A stretch of 39,690 nt of DNA from Candidatus Woesearchaeota archaeon (GTDB lineage: Archaea; Nanobdellota; Nanobdellia; SCGC-AAA011-G17; JACQNH01): positions 1 through 39,690 of the forward strand of contig JACQNH010000005.1 in NCBI GenBank assembly GCA_016203175.1. The letters run 5' to 3'. Shown here piece after piece: positions 15,704 through 24,405 of this stretch. Position numbers and translations under genes: made by a program. Under the pieces are notes generated by a model that was not told the DNA's origin, searched no databases, and worked only from the letters and a program-made list of their open reading frames with translations. Numbering within the stretch: the first letter of the stretch is position 1; each line of letters opens with the position of its first letter.

Positions 15704-16300
15704 TTAAACTTTTTGAGAATTTTTTCTTTTGTACACCCTATAAATAAACCAAATAACAAAAATTAAAACAACTAATACTATACTCAATACATCAAACTTC
15801 CCATCTAAATAATCCAAGAAACCTTGACCCAAATACATTACAGATACCCCAACTAGAAAAAATCTTAATCCACGGCTTAAAAAAGACATTAAAACAAATT
15901 TCCAAAAATTTATATAAAATACACCACCAGCAATTGTAAAAACCTTATAGGGAATTGGAGTAAAACCAGCAATAAAAATCGCCCAGCTTTCATATTTATT
16001 AAACAAATTATGAACTTTCATAATTTTCTCTTCCTTAACAAATCTTCTCAATAAAGTCTCTTCCCCTACAAAACCAATTAAATAACCAAACATCCCGCCT
16101 AAAACACTCCCTATAGTACAAACTAAAGAAAAAAATAAAGCCTTTTCAGGCTCAGCTAATGCTAAAATAGCCAACAATAAATCAGGAGGTATAGGAAAAA
16201 AAGAACTCTCAATAAAAGCTAGAATAAATAAGCCAACCCATCCTAAGGGCTGAAAAACATCTTGAGTCCATTGAACTAAACCATTAAGCAAACCCATCAT
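15704..16300 (-). CDS. DedA/SNARE-associated family membrane protein
   Basis: N-terminal GLFILAFIESSFFPIPPDLLL plus later GxxPIPYKVFTI, typical of the DedA (YqaA-type) family. The track start at 16306 is GTG; ATGs occur at 16300 and 16297. Confidence 0.7.
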   Translation of the reverse strand: MMGLLNGLVQWTQDVFQPLGWVGLFILAFIESSFFPIPPDLLLAILALAEPEKALFFSLVCTIGSVLGGMFGYLIGFVGEETLLRRFVKEEKIMKVHNLFNKYESWAIFIAGFTPIPYKVFTIAGGVFYINFWKFVLMSFLSRGLRFFLVGVSVMYLGQGFLDYLDGKFDVLSIVLVVLIFVIWFIYRVYKRKNSQKV

Positions 16301-17171
16301 CAGCACCTTGCAAAATTAATAAATCTTCATTAGTCAATTTCATTCCTTTCTTCATTTTTTCCTGTACTAATTCTGCTTTTTTAGCAATTAAATTTTTCTC
16401 CCTCACCAATCTCATCTCTTTTTTTCTAGCTTTACTACTCTCAATAGAATTAACAATTTTATCTAACTCCCTTTTCTTGTTATTAAACAAACCAACATTA
16501 GCAGTAAAATTTATTTTATGCTTTTTATAGTTATTAAAAATATTTCTGTCTTCTTTTCTTAATTCATTAATTTTTTTAATTATTGTAAAAAACTTTTCAT
16601 ACTCAGCCTTATTTTTCTCTTTTAACTCAATAAATTTTTCATGATATTCATCGGCTTTTTGTCCAAATTCATCAATTTGCTTACTTAAAGAATTAATTTC
16701 AGATAAAATTTCAAATGCATCCTTATTTTCTTCATATTCTTTTTTAAGTTTTTTAATTTGCTCCATTACTTTCTGTTCTTTCTCAAAATTATAACCTTCA
16801 GTTTCTATTTTCAATTCTAAATCCTCAATTAAGTTTATAATTTGTTCAGGATTCTTCAAATTTTTCCTACCAACAGATTTATACTTATTTCTTAATTCTT
16901 TTACTTGATTCACTAATCCCTTAACTTGATCATTATATTTATTTCTTTCATCCCTTAACTCAAAAAAATTCAAATTGCTTTTATCGTTCTCTGATCTTAA
17001 ATTTCTACTCTCATTGATTAATTCTTTAATTTTAGCCTGAACTTCCTTTAATTTTTTAAATTCATGCTCTTTTAACTTTCCAGAAGTCTCTATATGGCCT
17101 CTAAGCTCATTTAATTCCCCCCTAATACCGGACTCTTCTCTAAATAATAAATTACCTTTTTTATTCATCAT
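16284..17171 (-). CDS. Archaeal coiled-coil protein (COG1340-like)
   Basis: 295 aa, almost entirely heptad-like Lys/Glu/Leu/Asn sequence. The size and style match the conserved archaeal coiled-coil family (recollection). Confidence 0.4.
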   Translation of the reverse strand: MMNKKGNLLFREESGIRGELNELRGHIETSGKLKEHEFKKLKEVQAKIKELINESRNLRSENDKSNLNFFELRDERNKYNDQVKGLVNQVKELRNKYKSVGRKNLKNPEQIINLIEDLELKIETEGYNFEKEQKVMEQIKKLKKEYEENKDAFEILSEINSLSKQIDEFGQKADEYHEKFIELKEKNKAEYEKFFTIIKKINELRKEDRNIFNNYKKHKINFTANVGLFNNKKRELDKIVNSIESSKARKKEMRLVREKNLIAKKAELVQEKMKKGMKLTNEDLLILQGADDGFA

Positions 17172-17202
17172 TTAAAATAGTGAAATCCTAATTTTTAAAT
17201 CT

Positions 17203-17598
17203 TTACTTTAATAGTTTCTTCATCCTTTTCCAATAAATATTATTCCAACCCTTTTTACAACTACTATACCAGCCTTTAGGTAGTTTAGAATGAGTTAAAA
17301 TCAATTTTGTTCCATTTTTAACTTTTTTAAAAACAAAACTAACCCTAGAATAATGATCTTTAGGCCAGTCTTTATGATTTCCCTTCCACAGCTGAACAAT
17401 TTTTTTGTCTTTTACCAATTCTAAATTTTTTCCAGTAATCCACCCTTTACAAGCACTAAACTTCCCACCAACCTTACGACTTATTTTAGCTTTATAACTA
17501 GTAAACTTAGAATGCTTTTTAGAATCTAACAATATTTCGTATAATTCATGAGGACTTGTTTTAAAAGCCACAGTTTGTTTTAAAGTTTTAAATTTCAT
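17203..17598 (-). CDS. SRPBCC/AHSA1 (Aha1-like) domain protein
   Basis: 131 aa with the beta-rich, Trp-rich pattern (GGKFSA..GWITGKNLELVKDKKIVQLW...SRVSFVFKKVKNGTKLILTH) typical of the Activator-of-Hsp90-ATPase-like SRPBCC fold. Confidence 0.5.
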   Translation of the reverse strand: MKFKTLKQTVAFKTSPHELYEILLDSKKHSKFTSYKAKISRKVGGKFSACKGWITGKNLELVKDKKIVQLWKGNHKDWPKDHYSRVSFVFKKVKNGTKLILTHSKLPKGWYSSCKKGWNNIYWKRMKKLLK

Positions 17599-17649
17599 TA
17601 AAAAAACAAAAGTAAAATTAGTATAAAAAGTTAATTAAAAAAAGAAAAT

Positions 17650-17961
17650 TTATCCAAACAAAGAAGCCAATCCCGCACTTGCTTTTTCTTCTTCTTTCTT
17701 CTTCTCTTCTTCACTTGGCCCTTCTTTAGCTTTAGGCGCAGCAGCACCTTGAGCAGCAGGAACAGCTTGTACAGCAACAGGAGCAACAGAAGCTTGTTTT
17801 ATAACCTCTTCAATATTAACACCCTGTAAAGCACTAACTAAAGCCTTAATTCTTCCATCATCTGCTTTAACACCAGCAGATTCTACTACCTTTTTCAAAT
17901 TTCCTTCATTAATTTCTTTTCCAGCCTTGTGAAGCAATAATGCACCATATAAGTATATCAT
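17650..17961 (-). CDS. rpl12: Ribosomal stalk protein P1 (aL12)
   Basis: [19 protein letters not shown]... N-terminal dimerisation domain, an Ala/Pro hinge, and an acidic [10 protein letters not shown]...GLASLFG tail. Confidence 0.9.
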   Translation of the reverse strand: MIYLYGALLLHKAGKEINEGNLKKVVESAGVKADDGRIKALVSALQGVNIEEVIKQASVAPVAVQAVPAAQGAAAPKAKEGPSEEEKKKEEEKASAGLASLFG

Positions 17962-17980
17962 CTTCTTTCACCCTCCATAA

Positions 17981-19288
17981 TCATAATTTACCTCTAATCT
18001 TCATATCAGTAACCTTTCTTAAAAAATCTTCAGCAGCCTTAGCATCCCTCTCAAAATTGGATATAGCCTGATTGCTCTTCTTTAGATTTTCAGAAGGTTT
18101 ATCATTTTCAAAAGCCTTAGGATTAGTATTTAAACCTTTCCCCCCTAAAATGCTCAAAACAGTCTTATTTACAAGATTTACATCAGCATTGCCCATAAGA
18201 TTAACAGAATTTCTTGCTTCTTCCTGAATAACATTTTCTACATCTGCACTAATATCTACAGCCTTGATTTCTTTTCTCTCTACTTTTACATCCACTTTAG
18301 GCTTTTCAACTGTCTCAATTTTAATTTCTTGTTTTCTCTCTACTTTTACATCCACTTTAGGCTTTTCAACATTTTCTTTTACTTCAGGTTTTGATTCTTG
18401 AGTTTTTTGGACAGTTTCTAAAGAAGTTTGTGGCTCATAATCTAATTTTTCTTTTAAAGCTAAAGCTTCTTTCTCAACACTTTTAACAACATCACCTACA
18501 TTCTCACTAGTAGTAATCTTCAATTCTTTAGCCATTCCACTTGCAACTCTATAAGCCTTAGAAACCAACAAATTAATAGTTTCCTCAGTCGCATAACCAA
18601 TCTCAACAGCAAGCAATATAGCTTCTCTAGATAAGTTTGCCAATGAATTCAAAATAGCCTCTTCATCAATATTCAAAACATCTCTAGTTAAAATTTCACC
18701 ATCTGCATAAGTTAAATTTAGTCTTAATCCTACTTCTATAGGCTCAATCCCAAACTTAGTCATTAAATCAGCCTTATCACTTGTAATAGTTTCTCCTTGC
18801 TTAACCAATAATTTATCTTCTTTAATAACAATCTTTCCACCCTCAACACCAGTTTTTAGCCCCACTCTTCCCAATTCCCCTATCATTGGACCTGCCATAA
18901 AATTAGTTGGTCCTGCAGGGATTGTAATCTCTTTAGGCGCTATTTGTCCAGCCTTAGCTTTAGTATAAGCAATATTCTTTTTCAAGATCTTAAAAATTTT
19001 AAAAGCATCTTCATTTGTAAACAATAAAGCAGTTTTACCTTTGATATTCCCTATAACTTTATCAATATTAGTTTTATTTAACCCTTTAAGCGCTCTTTCA
19101 ATTACACTATTCCTGGCCATCTTTAACTCAGCAATGCCAAATAATCCTGCCTTAATCTTTAATAACTGAGAAGCAGGCAAACCGCTTAAATCCACAACCC
19201 CAATCAACTTGTATTTAGAAGCTAAATTTTTAATTATCTCAATTTCATCCTTCTTCCATTGTGCAACTTTAGCTTGATAATTATTCAT
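17981..19288 (-). CDS. rpl10: Ribosomal stalk protein uL10 (P0) with non-canonical C-terminal extension
   Basis: The L10 core and archaeal/eukaryal insertion domain (GPMIGELGRVGLKTGVEGGKIVI) are present. At 435 aa it is longer than I remember for archaeal P0. The last roughly 150 aa contain a 20-aa tandem repeat, and the protein ends ...DMKIRGKL rather than in a P1-like acidic/LFG tail. The start overlaps the rpl1 stop by 8 nt. Confidence 0.85.
   Translation of the reverse strand: MNNYQAKVAQWKKDEIEIIKNLASKYKLIGVVDLSGLPASQLLKIKAGLFGIAELKMARNSVIERALKGLNKTNIDKVIGNIKGKTALLFTNEDAFKIFKILKKNIAYTKAKAGQIAPKEITIPAGPTNFMAGPMIGELGRVGLKTGVEGGKIVIKEDKLLVKQGETITSDKADLMTKFGIEPIEVGLRLNLTYADGEILTRDVLNIDEEAILNSLANLSREAILLAVEIGYATEETINLLVSKAYRVASGMAKELKITTSENVGDVVKSVEKEALALKEKLDYEPQTSLETVQKTQESKPEVKENVEKPKVDVKVERKQEIKIETVEKPKVDVKVERKEIKAVDISADVENVIQEEARNSVNLMGNADVNLVNKTVLSILGGKGLNTNPKAFENDKPSENLKKSNQAISNFERDAKAAEDFLRKVTDMKIRGKL
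18272..18370 (-). repeat. Intragenic tandem repeat, period 60 nt (39 nt identical)
   Basis: ttttctctctacttttacatccactttaggcttttcaac occurs at 18272-18310 and 18332-18370. It encodes VEKPKVDVKVERK twice (P0 res 307-319 and 327-339). Confidence 0.95.
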
Positions 19289-20048
19289 CCTTTGCCTCTT
19301 TACTCTTCTTCTCTTTAGGTTCTTTTTTCACTTTCTTTTCAGTTTTTATTTTCAAGGACTCTTTTTTTACAGCCTTCTCTTTAGGAACTTCTAAATTAAA
19401 ACCAACACCAAATTTATATATCGGCCCCATAGTTAATTTCAAAAGAACATTTCTAACATTATTCTTAGCCTCAGGTAATAAAGTTAAAACATAATCATAA
19501 ATATCCTTTATATTTTCCACAACCATCTCATCATTCATATTTTCTTTACCAACTCTTATTTTAATTGCAGTCTCACTTTTCGTTTGTAGTCTTTTCAATT
19601 TTTGTAATTTATTTTTCAGATCTTCAAAATTAGTATTGGGAGTAAAAACACAACCAGCGGCAGGATTTGGCATCTTACCTCTAGTTCCTAAAAATTTACC
19701 CAACTTGCTAGCAATTAATGGCATCATTTCAGCTTGAGCAATAAAATAATCATATTCTCTAGCTAACTTTTTCAATTCTTTTTTATTTTCACCCATCAAA
19801 GCTAATTGACTTTTTGTAATCACTTTATCAAATATTTTTTCAACTTTAGTTTTAACAGCCTCATCAGAAAAACAGCAAATCTTTACTTTCTCGATCTCAT
19901 GCCTCAAAGGATGAAAACTAGAGATTGGCGTCTTTTTAACATCTAAATTCTTAAGATTAATTATTAAATCAATACTCTGGTTAAAATTCCTTTTAGGACC
20001 TTTAGCCTTTATTTCCTGTATTACCTTTTTAATATCATCAATTTCCAT
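19281..20048 (-). CDS. rpl1: Ribosomal protein uL1
   Basis: Typical L1 sequence (FNQSIDLIINLK...; GKFLGTRGKMPNP). It precedes P0-P1 as in archaeal stalk operons. Carries an extra C-terminal Lys/Glu tail of about 40 aa. Confidence 0.9.
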   Translation of the reverse strand: MEIDDIKKVIQEIKAKGPKRNFNQSIDLIINLKNLDVKKTPISSFHPLRHEIEKVKICCFSDEAVKTKVEKIFDKVITKSQLALMGENKKELKKLAREYDYFIAQAEMMPLIASKLGKFLGTRGKMPNPAAGCVFTPNTNFEDLKNKLQKLKRLQTKSETAIKIRVGKENMNDEMVVENIKDIYDYVLTLLPEAKNNVRNVLLKLTMGPIYKFGVGFNLEVPKEKAVKKESLKIKTEKKVKKEPKEKKSKEAKDE

Positions 20049-20156
20049 TTAAAACCCTCCTACAATTAAAGTAGTTTAACGGGTAAAACTAAGCTAAATT
20101 AACCATTTAAATACCTTTCGAAAAAATTTAATAAAGAACTAAAATTGAATAAAAAT

Positions 20157-20792
20157 ATGGAAAAAATTATTGCTACTACCTTACCCGGTTTATTTGCTAA
20201 ATCTACCCCATGGAGAAATGCTCATACATTCTTCTTTCAAAAAGTATACAAAGAACTAAATGACAAATCAATGTTAATGTGGGCAGAAAGAGGAGAAGAT
20301 TATATTCATGGTGTAAAAGCAGCAATGCAGAAATTAATGCCAAAAGCTTCAGATCAAGAAAGAGCAGAAGAAGCAAAAAAAAGATTTCTAGAAGCGATTT
20401 TAAGTGGGATAAAAACTACATCCCAACTAATAAATAAAGAGGTTTTAGATTATTTTAAAACATTAAAAAAAGAATATAAAATAGCCTTAATAACAACAAG
20501 CAGAAAAGAAGCCATAGACATTATACTAAAAGAACTGAAATTAGCAGACTTCTTTGATATTATTACTGCACAAAAAAATGAAGAAAATCAAAATCAATTA
20601 ATGGAATCATTTATTAAAAAATATAAACCAGTCTTATTTATAGGGGGAGATAGAAATGATGCATTTTACATTTGTAAGCAATATGAAGTTAAATGTTTAT
20701 ATGCTAATCTAGAGAATAGAGAGGGAAACAAAGATATTCCATCAGCTAAAAATTTAAAAGAATTAAAAAGTTTTATTGAAAAGTTGATTTAA
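20157..20792 (+). CDS. HAD-superfamily-like protein lacking the motif I Asp nucleophile
   Basis: Motifs II-IV are recognisable (IALITTS; KKYKP; FIGGDRND). The motif I position reads IIATTLPGLF instead of hhhDxDGTL. The track start at 20145 is TTG; the first ATG is 20157. Confidence 0.45.
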   Translation: MEKIIATTLPGLFAKSTPWRNAHTFFFQKVYKELNDKSMLMWAERGEDYIHGVKAAMQKLMPKASDQERAEEAKKRFLEAILSGIKTTSQLINKEVLDYFKTLKKEYKIALITTSRKEAIDIILKELKLADFFDIITAQKNEENQNQLMESFIKKYKPVLFIGGDRNDAFYICKQYEVKCLYANLENREGNKDIPSAKNLKELKSFIEKLI

Positions 20793-20856
20793 TCCTACTT
20801 ATAAGCATTAAAGTCCCGTAATAACCTTTTTAAATTAAATTATCTTAATGTAATTC

Positions 20857-22011
20857 ATGATCAAAAGAGGCATTCTACTTACTTTAATCTTAATTAATAT
20901 AGCCATAATAGCCTTAAATTCAAATGCACAATTATTTTTTACAGGAGTAGTCTTAAATCCAAAAATTGTTACAGTAAATGAAAAAATAAACCTAACAATA
21001 GATGCAGATAAATCCTTTAAATTCTTTGAAAAAGCATTTTTATGTGGAGCAACAGGTAAAACAGAGATTCCCTTAAATGGAAAAAGATTCTCTAGAGCAG
21101 TAATAGAAAATAATATTTGTATCAGAAATTGCCAGCAAGAACAATGGTTTGAAGGCTCTGTAAATGCAACATTCTCATTTCCCCAAGATACTTTAGATGG
21201 AACTTATGCAGTTAATGTTTATGGCTGCAGAATACTTACTGAAAAATGGAATTGCACATGGGCTTCCGGAATTGTACAATATGCAAGTGATGTTACCCCA
21301 CCAAAAATAATCTCAATAACTCCAGAAAATAATGCAGTAATCACAGATAGAAGAAATTTAGTCTTATCAGTAACATTTGAAGATCTAAGCATAGATCCAG
21401 AAAAAGTTTCATTTGTTTTAACCGGAAAAGAAACAGTTCAAGAAGAAAGCATTAAGGCAACTTCCATAACTATAACAACAGCATCAGCAACATTAACAGA
21501 AACTTTACTTAAAGGACATTATTCATTAACCGCGATTGTTGTTGATAAATCTGGAAATAGAGCAACTAAAACCATAGTTTTTGATGTTGGTCTACCAAAT
21601 GAAACTCCATTAATAATTAAAGATCTTATCAGCGCAACATCAACAACAGAAAGAAGCGTCTGGTCAATAAAAACATTTGTTGACAATGTTCAAGAAGTTG
21701 AAATTGGTCGATTAACAAATAATGTTTTCACAGATAAAGCAGTTGGAGAAGGACCAGTCTTAATAGAAAGCTTATTCAGTCCATGGACAGCTCAACAAAT
21801 ACAACTTACTTCAGAAAGAGGAACCTTTAATGCTTTTTTACCTGCTGGTTCAGAAGTTCCATGTGGTCAAGGTTTAGTTGGCAAAGTAAAATACTATATA
21901 GCAATTGATGGAACAAGTTACTTCGCAGATTCCTTAAATAATGGCTGTGGAACTTTCTTACAACCAGAACAAGCCATTACACAACAACATTTAGCAAGGA
22001 GACCCCAATGA
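20857..22011 (+). CDS. Secreted/anchored protein with Ig-like (Big_5-type) domain
   Basis: N-terminal MIKRGILLTLILINIAIIAL hydrophobic anchor or signal. Central DVTPPKIISITPENNAVI...VTFEDL...VVDKSGNRATKTIVFDV matches the bacterial Ig-like domain pattern. Several Cys are present. Confidence 0.5.
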   Translation: MIKRGILLTLILINIAIIALNSNAQLFFTGVVLNPKIVTVNEKINLTIDADKSFKFFEKAFLCGATGKTEIPLNGKRFSRAVIENNICIRNCQQEQWFEGSVNATFSFPQDTLDGTYAVNVYGCRILTEKWNCTWASGIVQYASDVTPPKIISITPENNAVITDRRNLVLSVTFEDLSIDPEKVSFVLTGKETVQEESIKATSITITTASATLTETLLKGHYSLTAIVVDKSGNRATKTIVFDVGLPNETPLIIKDLISATSTTERSVWSIKTFVDNVQEVEIGRLTNNVFTDKAVGEGPVLIESLFSPWTAQQIQLTSERGTFNAFLPAGSEVPCGQGLVGKVKYYIAIDGTSYFADSLNNGCGTFLQPEQAITQQHLARRPQ

Positions 22012-22598
22012 AATATCTCTTACTCATTTTTATAATCTTATTTTCAACATTTGTAAATGCAATCCCAATAGAATATACAATTTATGGTTTTGGACCCTCT
22101 GAAATAATTAAAATTGGAGGCGATAAAATAGATAAAAGAATTTCCGCTCCTGGAGATTCAGTAATCACAGGTGTTGGAGTTGGTTATACAGAAGCAGGAG
22201 AAGGAAGTTCAATTGACAATGCTGCAATATGGTACAAACCAATAGGCTCGGGAGGTTTAGGCACAGAAATCTTTTCAAAGACTAATGATAAAGATATAGA
22301 TCTATTTGTTGCAAGTCAAGATTCATTCATAAATGATGTCTCAAACACAGATAATAATCTTAATAATTTTAAAATTCCTGAGTCAAAATATATTTTATCA
22401 AGATTATCGTTTATGGCATGTAAAGTTTTAGAATTTTTTTATCAGCCAATAGATGAACAAAATAATTTCAAAGAAGAGATTTCAGGTTCTATTCAAGGTT
22501 CAGATGCAAAAGGAGATTGTGCACAAAATGAAAAAGCAACAAAATTTCCACAAGGAAAAGTAATAAGAGGTGTTGGATTTGGTCTCGAAATTAGGTAA
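22008..22598 (+). CDS. Secreted hypothetical protein
   Basis: Sec signal MKYLLLIFIILFSTFVNA. ATGA start/stop overlap with the upstream gene implies operon coupling. Confidence 0.45.
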   Translation: MKYLLLIFIILFSTFVNAIPIEYTIYGFGPSEIIKIGGDKIDKRISAPGDSVITGVGVGYTEAGEGSSIDNAAIWYKPIGSGGLGTEIFSKTNDKDIDLFVASQDSFINDVSNTDNNLNNFKIPESKYILSRLSFMACKVLEFFYQPIDEQNNFKEEISGSIQGSDAKGDCAQNEKATKFPQGKVIRGVGFGLEIR

Positions 22599-24402
22599 AC
22601 ATAATATTAAGGCTTTAATTTTTATAATAGCTTTAACTATTTTAATTTCTTGTGGAGGTAAAGGTAATGGAGAACAAAAAGGTCATATTGTCACAGAATT
22701 AAATATGTCGCAATTCTCATTTAAAACCGCAAACATTACAGTTGGATTAAAAGACTCACTAAAAACAATAGATGAACAATTAAATCTTCCATCAGGATCA
22801 AAAGTAAATATGTTTTTAAAAGGTAGAGTTAAAGGATTTTTTACAAAAACAAATCAATTAATCTCTATATGGCCCGATACTTTCAAAATTTGTACAGACT
22901 TAAATCAAAATGGAATCTGCGATTTTTTAGAAAACTTTGATTTCAATGAGCAAAGATGTAAAGATGCAGGGTTTTTATGGACAAATGCAGACAACATCTT
23001 TGAAACTTATTATGATAATTGTTGTGGAGACGATGCAGAGGAATTTGGTAATTTAGGATCAGATGCTTCAGTAGCCTGTTGCGACTCAAAAAATTCTTGT
23101 GTAACAAATAAAGAATGCTTTACAAGTACACAATGTAATACAAAAGGAGAATATTGCAATTCTGGAAAGTTTGAAAAAATAGATGGAAATTTTGATAATG
23201 TAGATGACCGATGCGTAAATTTTGTTGCTTGTAATTTAGATTTAAACATAGCAGAACCTTGTAGAGATCAATGGCAATGCACCCAATGGTCAAACTGCAC
23301 TAGTATAAAAGGAACAAGAACGAGAAAATGCACGGATATAAACAATTGTGGAACATCATATAACAAACCTGATCCATTTGAAAGTCAAAGTTGTTTACAA
23401 TTATTAGAGTGTATAGATAAAGATAAAGATGGATTCGGAAAAAATTGTTTTGTTCAGGTAGGAACTTCAATAACTTATAAAGAAAACGATTGCAATGATA
23501 ATGATCCAAACATAAATCCAACTATAAATGAAACTTGTGATGGTCAAGATAATAATTGCAATGGGGTAACAGATGAAAACTGTCCATGTATACAAGGTCA
23601 AACAAGATTTTGTGGCTCACAAGTTGGGGACTGCAGTAAAGGAGTTCAAATATGTATTAAGGGTTTATGGAGTTTATGCTTCGCAGGAAATAACATAGCA
23701 ACAGAAAATTGTGACGATGGTCTAGACAACGATTGTGATGGATTTACAGATGAAGGATGCCCATGTCAAGAAGGGCAAGTAAAAGAATGTGGAAAAAATG
23801 TAGGAATATGTAAAAAAGGAACTCAAAAATGTGTTTCAGGTGTTTTAACAGTCTGTGAAGGTTCAACAGAAGGATCTCCAGAAATTTGTGAGGATGGATT
23901 AGATAATGATTGTGATAATAAAGTAGACTTCTTTGATGAAAACTGCAATCAAGATTTATTAAAAGGTAAAGAAGAAAAAAACACTTGCAATGATAAAATC
24001 TGTAACAATGAAGAAAGTTGTACAATAAACAGAAATTTACCTCCTGACTGTGGCGGTCCTTGTCCAAAATGTGAAAAAGAAATAGAAATACCAGTTGCAA
24101 AACCATTGCCACCAGTCAAAATAGAAGTAGAAGAAGAAAAACCAATAGAGGAAATAGAAAAACCAACATCATTCATAAAAATAGTCGCAATAATAATTAT
24201 AGTAATATTGGTTCTATTGGGAATTCTAGTCGCCATTCATAAAAAAGTAAAAAAGAAAATAGAAGTAAAAGAAGAAGTAACAAAGAAAAAATTAGAACCA
24301 GAAGCAAAACTTTTCAAACCTTTACCACAAGTAATTAAAAAAAGAAGAACTAAAGCTGAAGAAGAATTAGAAAAAAGCTTTGAAGAAGCTAAAAAACTCT
24401 AA
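22570..24402 (+). CDS. Cys-rich surface lipoprotein candidate with MopE-type 'putative metal-binding motif' repeats, C-terminal TM and Lys-rich cytoplasmic tail
   Basis: GTG start, signal with lipobox-like TILISCGG. Repeats: DCNDNDPNINPTINETCDGQDNNCNGVTDENC, ENCDDGLDNDCDGFTDEGC and EICEDGLDNDCDNKVDFFDENC (about nt 23497-23946). TM segment IVAIIIIVILVLLGILVAI is followed by a KK-rich tail. Confidence 0.6.
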   Translation: MLDLVSKLGKHNIKALIFIIALTILISCGGKGNGEQKGHIVTELNMSQFSFKTANITVGLKDSLKTIDEQLNLPSGSKVNMFLKGRVKGFFTKTNQLISIWPDTFKICTDLNQNGICDFLENFDFNEQRCKDAGFLWTNADNIFETYYDNCCGDDAEEFGNLGSDASVACCDSKNSCVTNKECFTSTQCNTKGEYCNSGKFEKIDGNFDNVDDRCVNFVACNLDLNIAEPCRDQWQCTQWSNCTSIKGTRTRKCTDINNCGTSYNKPDPFESQSCLQLLECIDKDKDGFGKNCFVQVGTSITYKENDCNDNDPNINPTINETCDGQDNNCNGVTDENCPCIQGQTRFCGSQVGDCSKGVQICIKGLWSLCFAGNNIATENCDDGLDNDCDGFTDEGCPCQEGQVKECGKNVGICKKGTQKCVSGVLTVCEGSTEGSPEICEDGLDNDCDNKVDFFDENCNQDLLKGKEEKNTCNDKICNNEESCTINRNLPPDCGGPCPKCEKEIEIPVAKPLPPVKIEVEEEKPIEEIEKPTSFIKIVAIIIIVILVLLGILVAIHKKVKKKIEVKEEVTKKKLEPEAKLFKPLPQVIKKRRTKAEEELEKSFEEAKKL

Positions 24403-24405
24403 AAG

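Noticed and set aside
18272-18370. Direct repeat with 60-nt period, considered as a possible mini-CRISPR or other repeat array
   Set aside because: There are only two copies. They are in frame inside the P0 gene and encode an identical 13-aa peptide. No further repeats or cas genes are present, so this is an intragenic coding duplication.
22570-22598. 29-nt overlap between the 196-aa and 610-aa ORFs, considered as a possible frameshift or fusion
   Set aside because: Both ORFs have their own export signals and the frames differ. A GTG or TTG start (22570/22573/22579) just before the signal peptide is sufficient. There is no evidence for a programmed frameshift.
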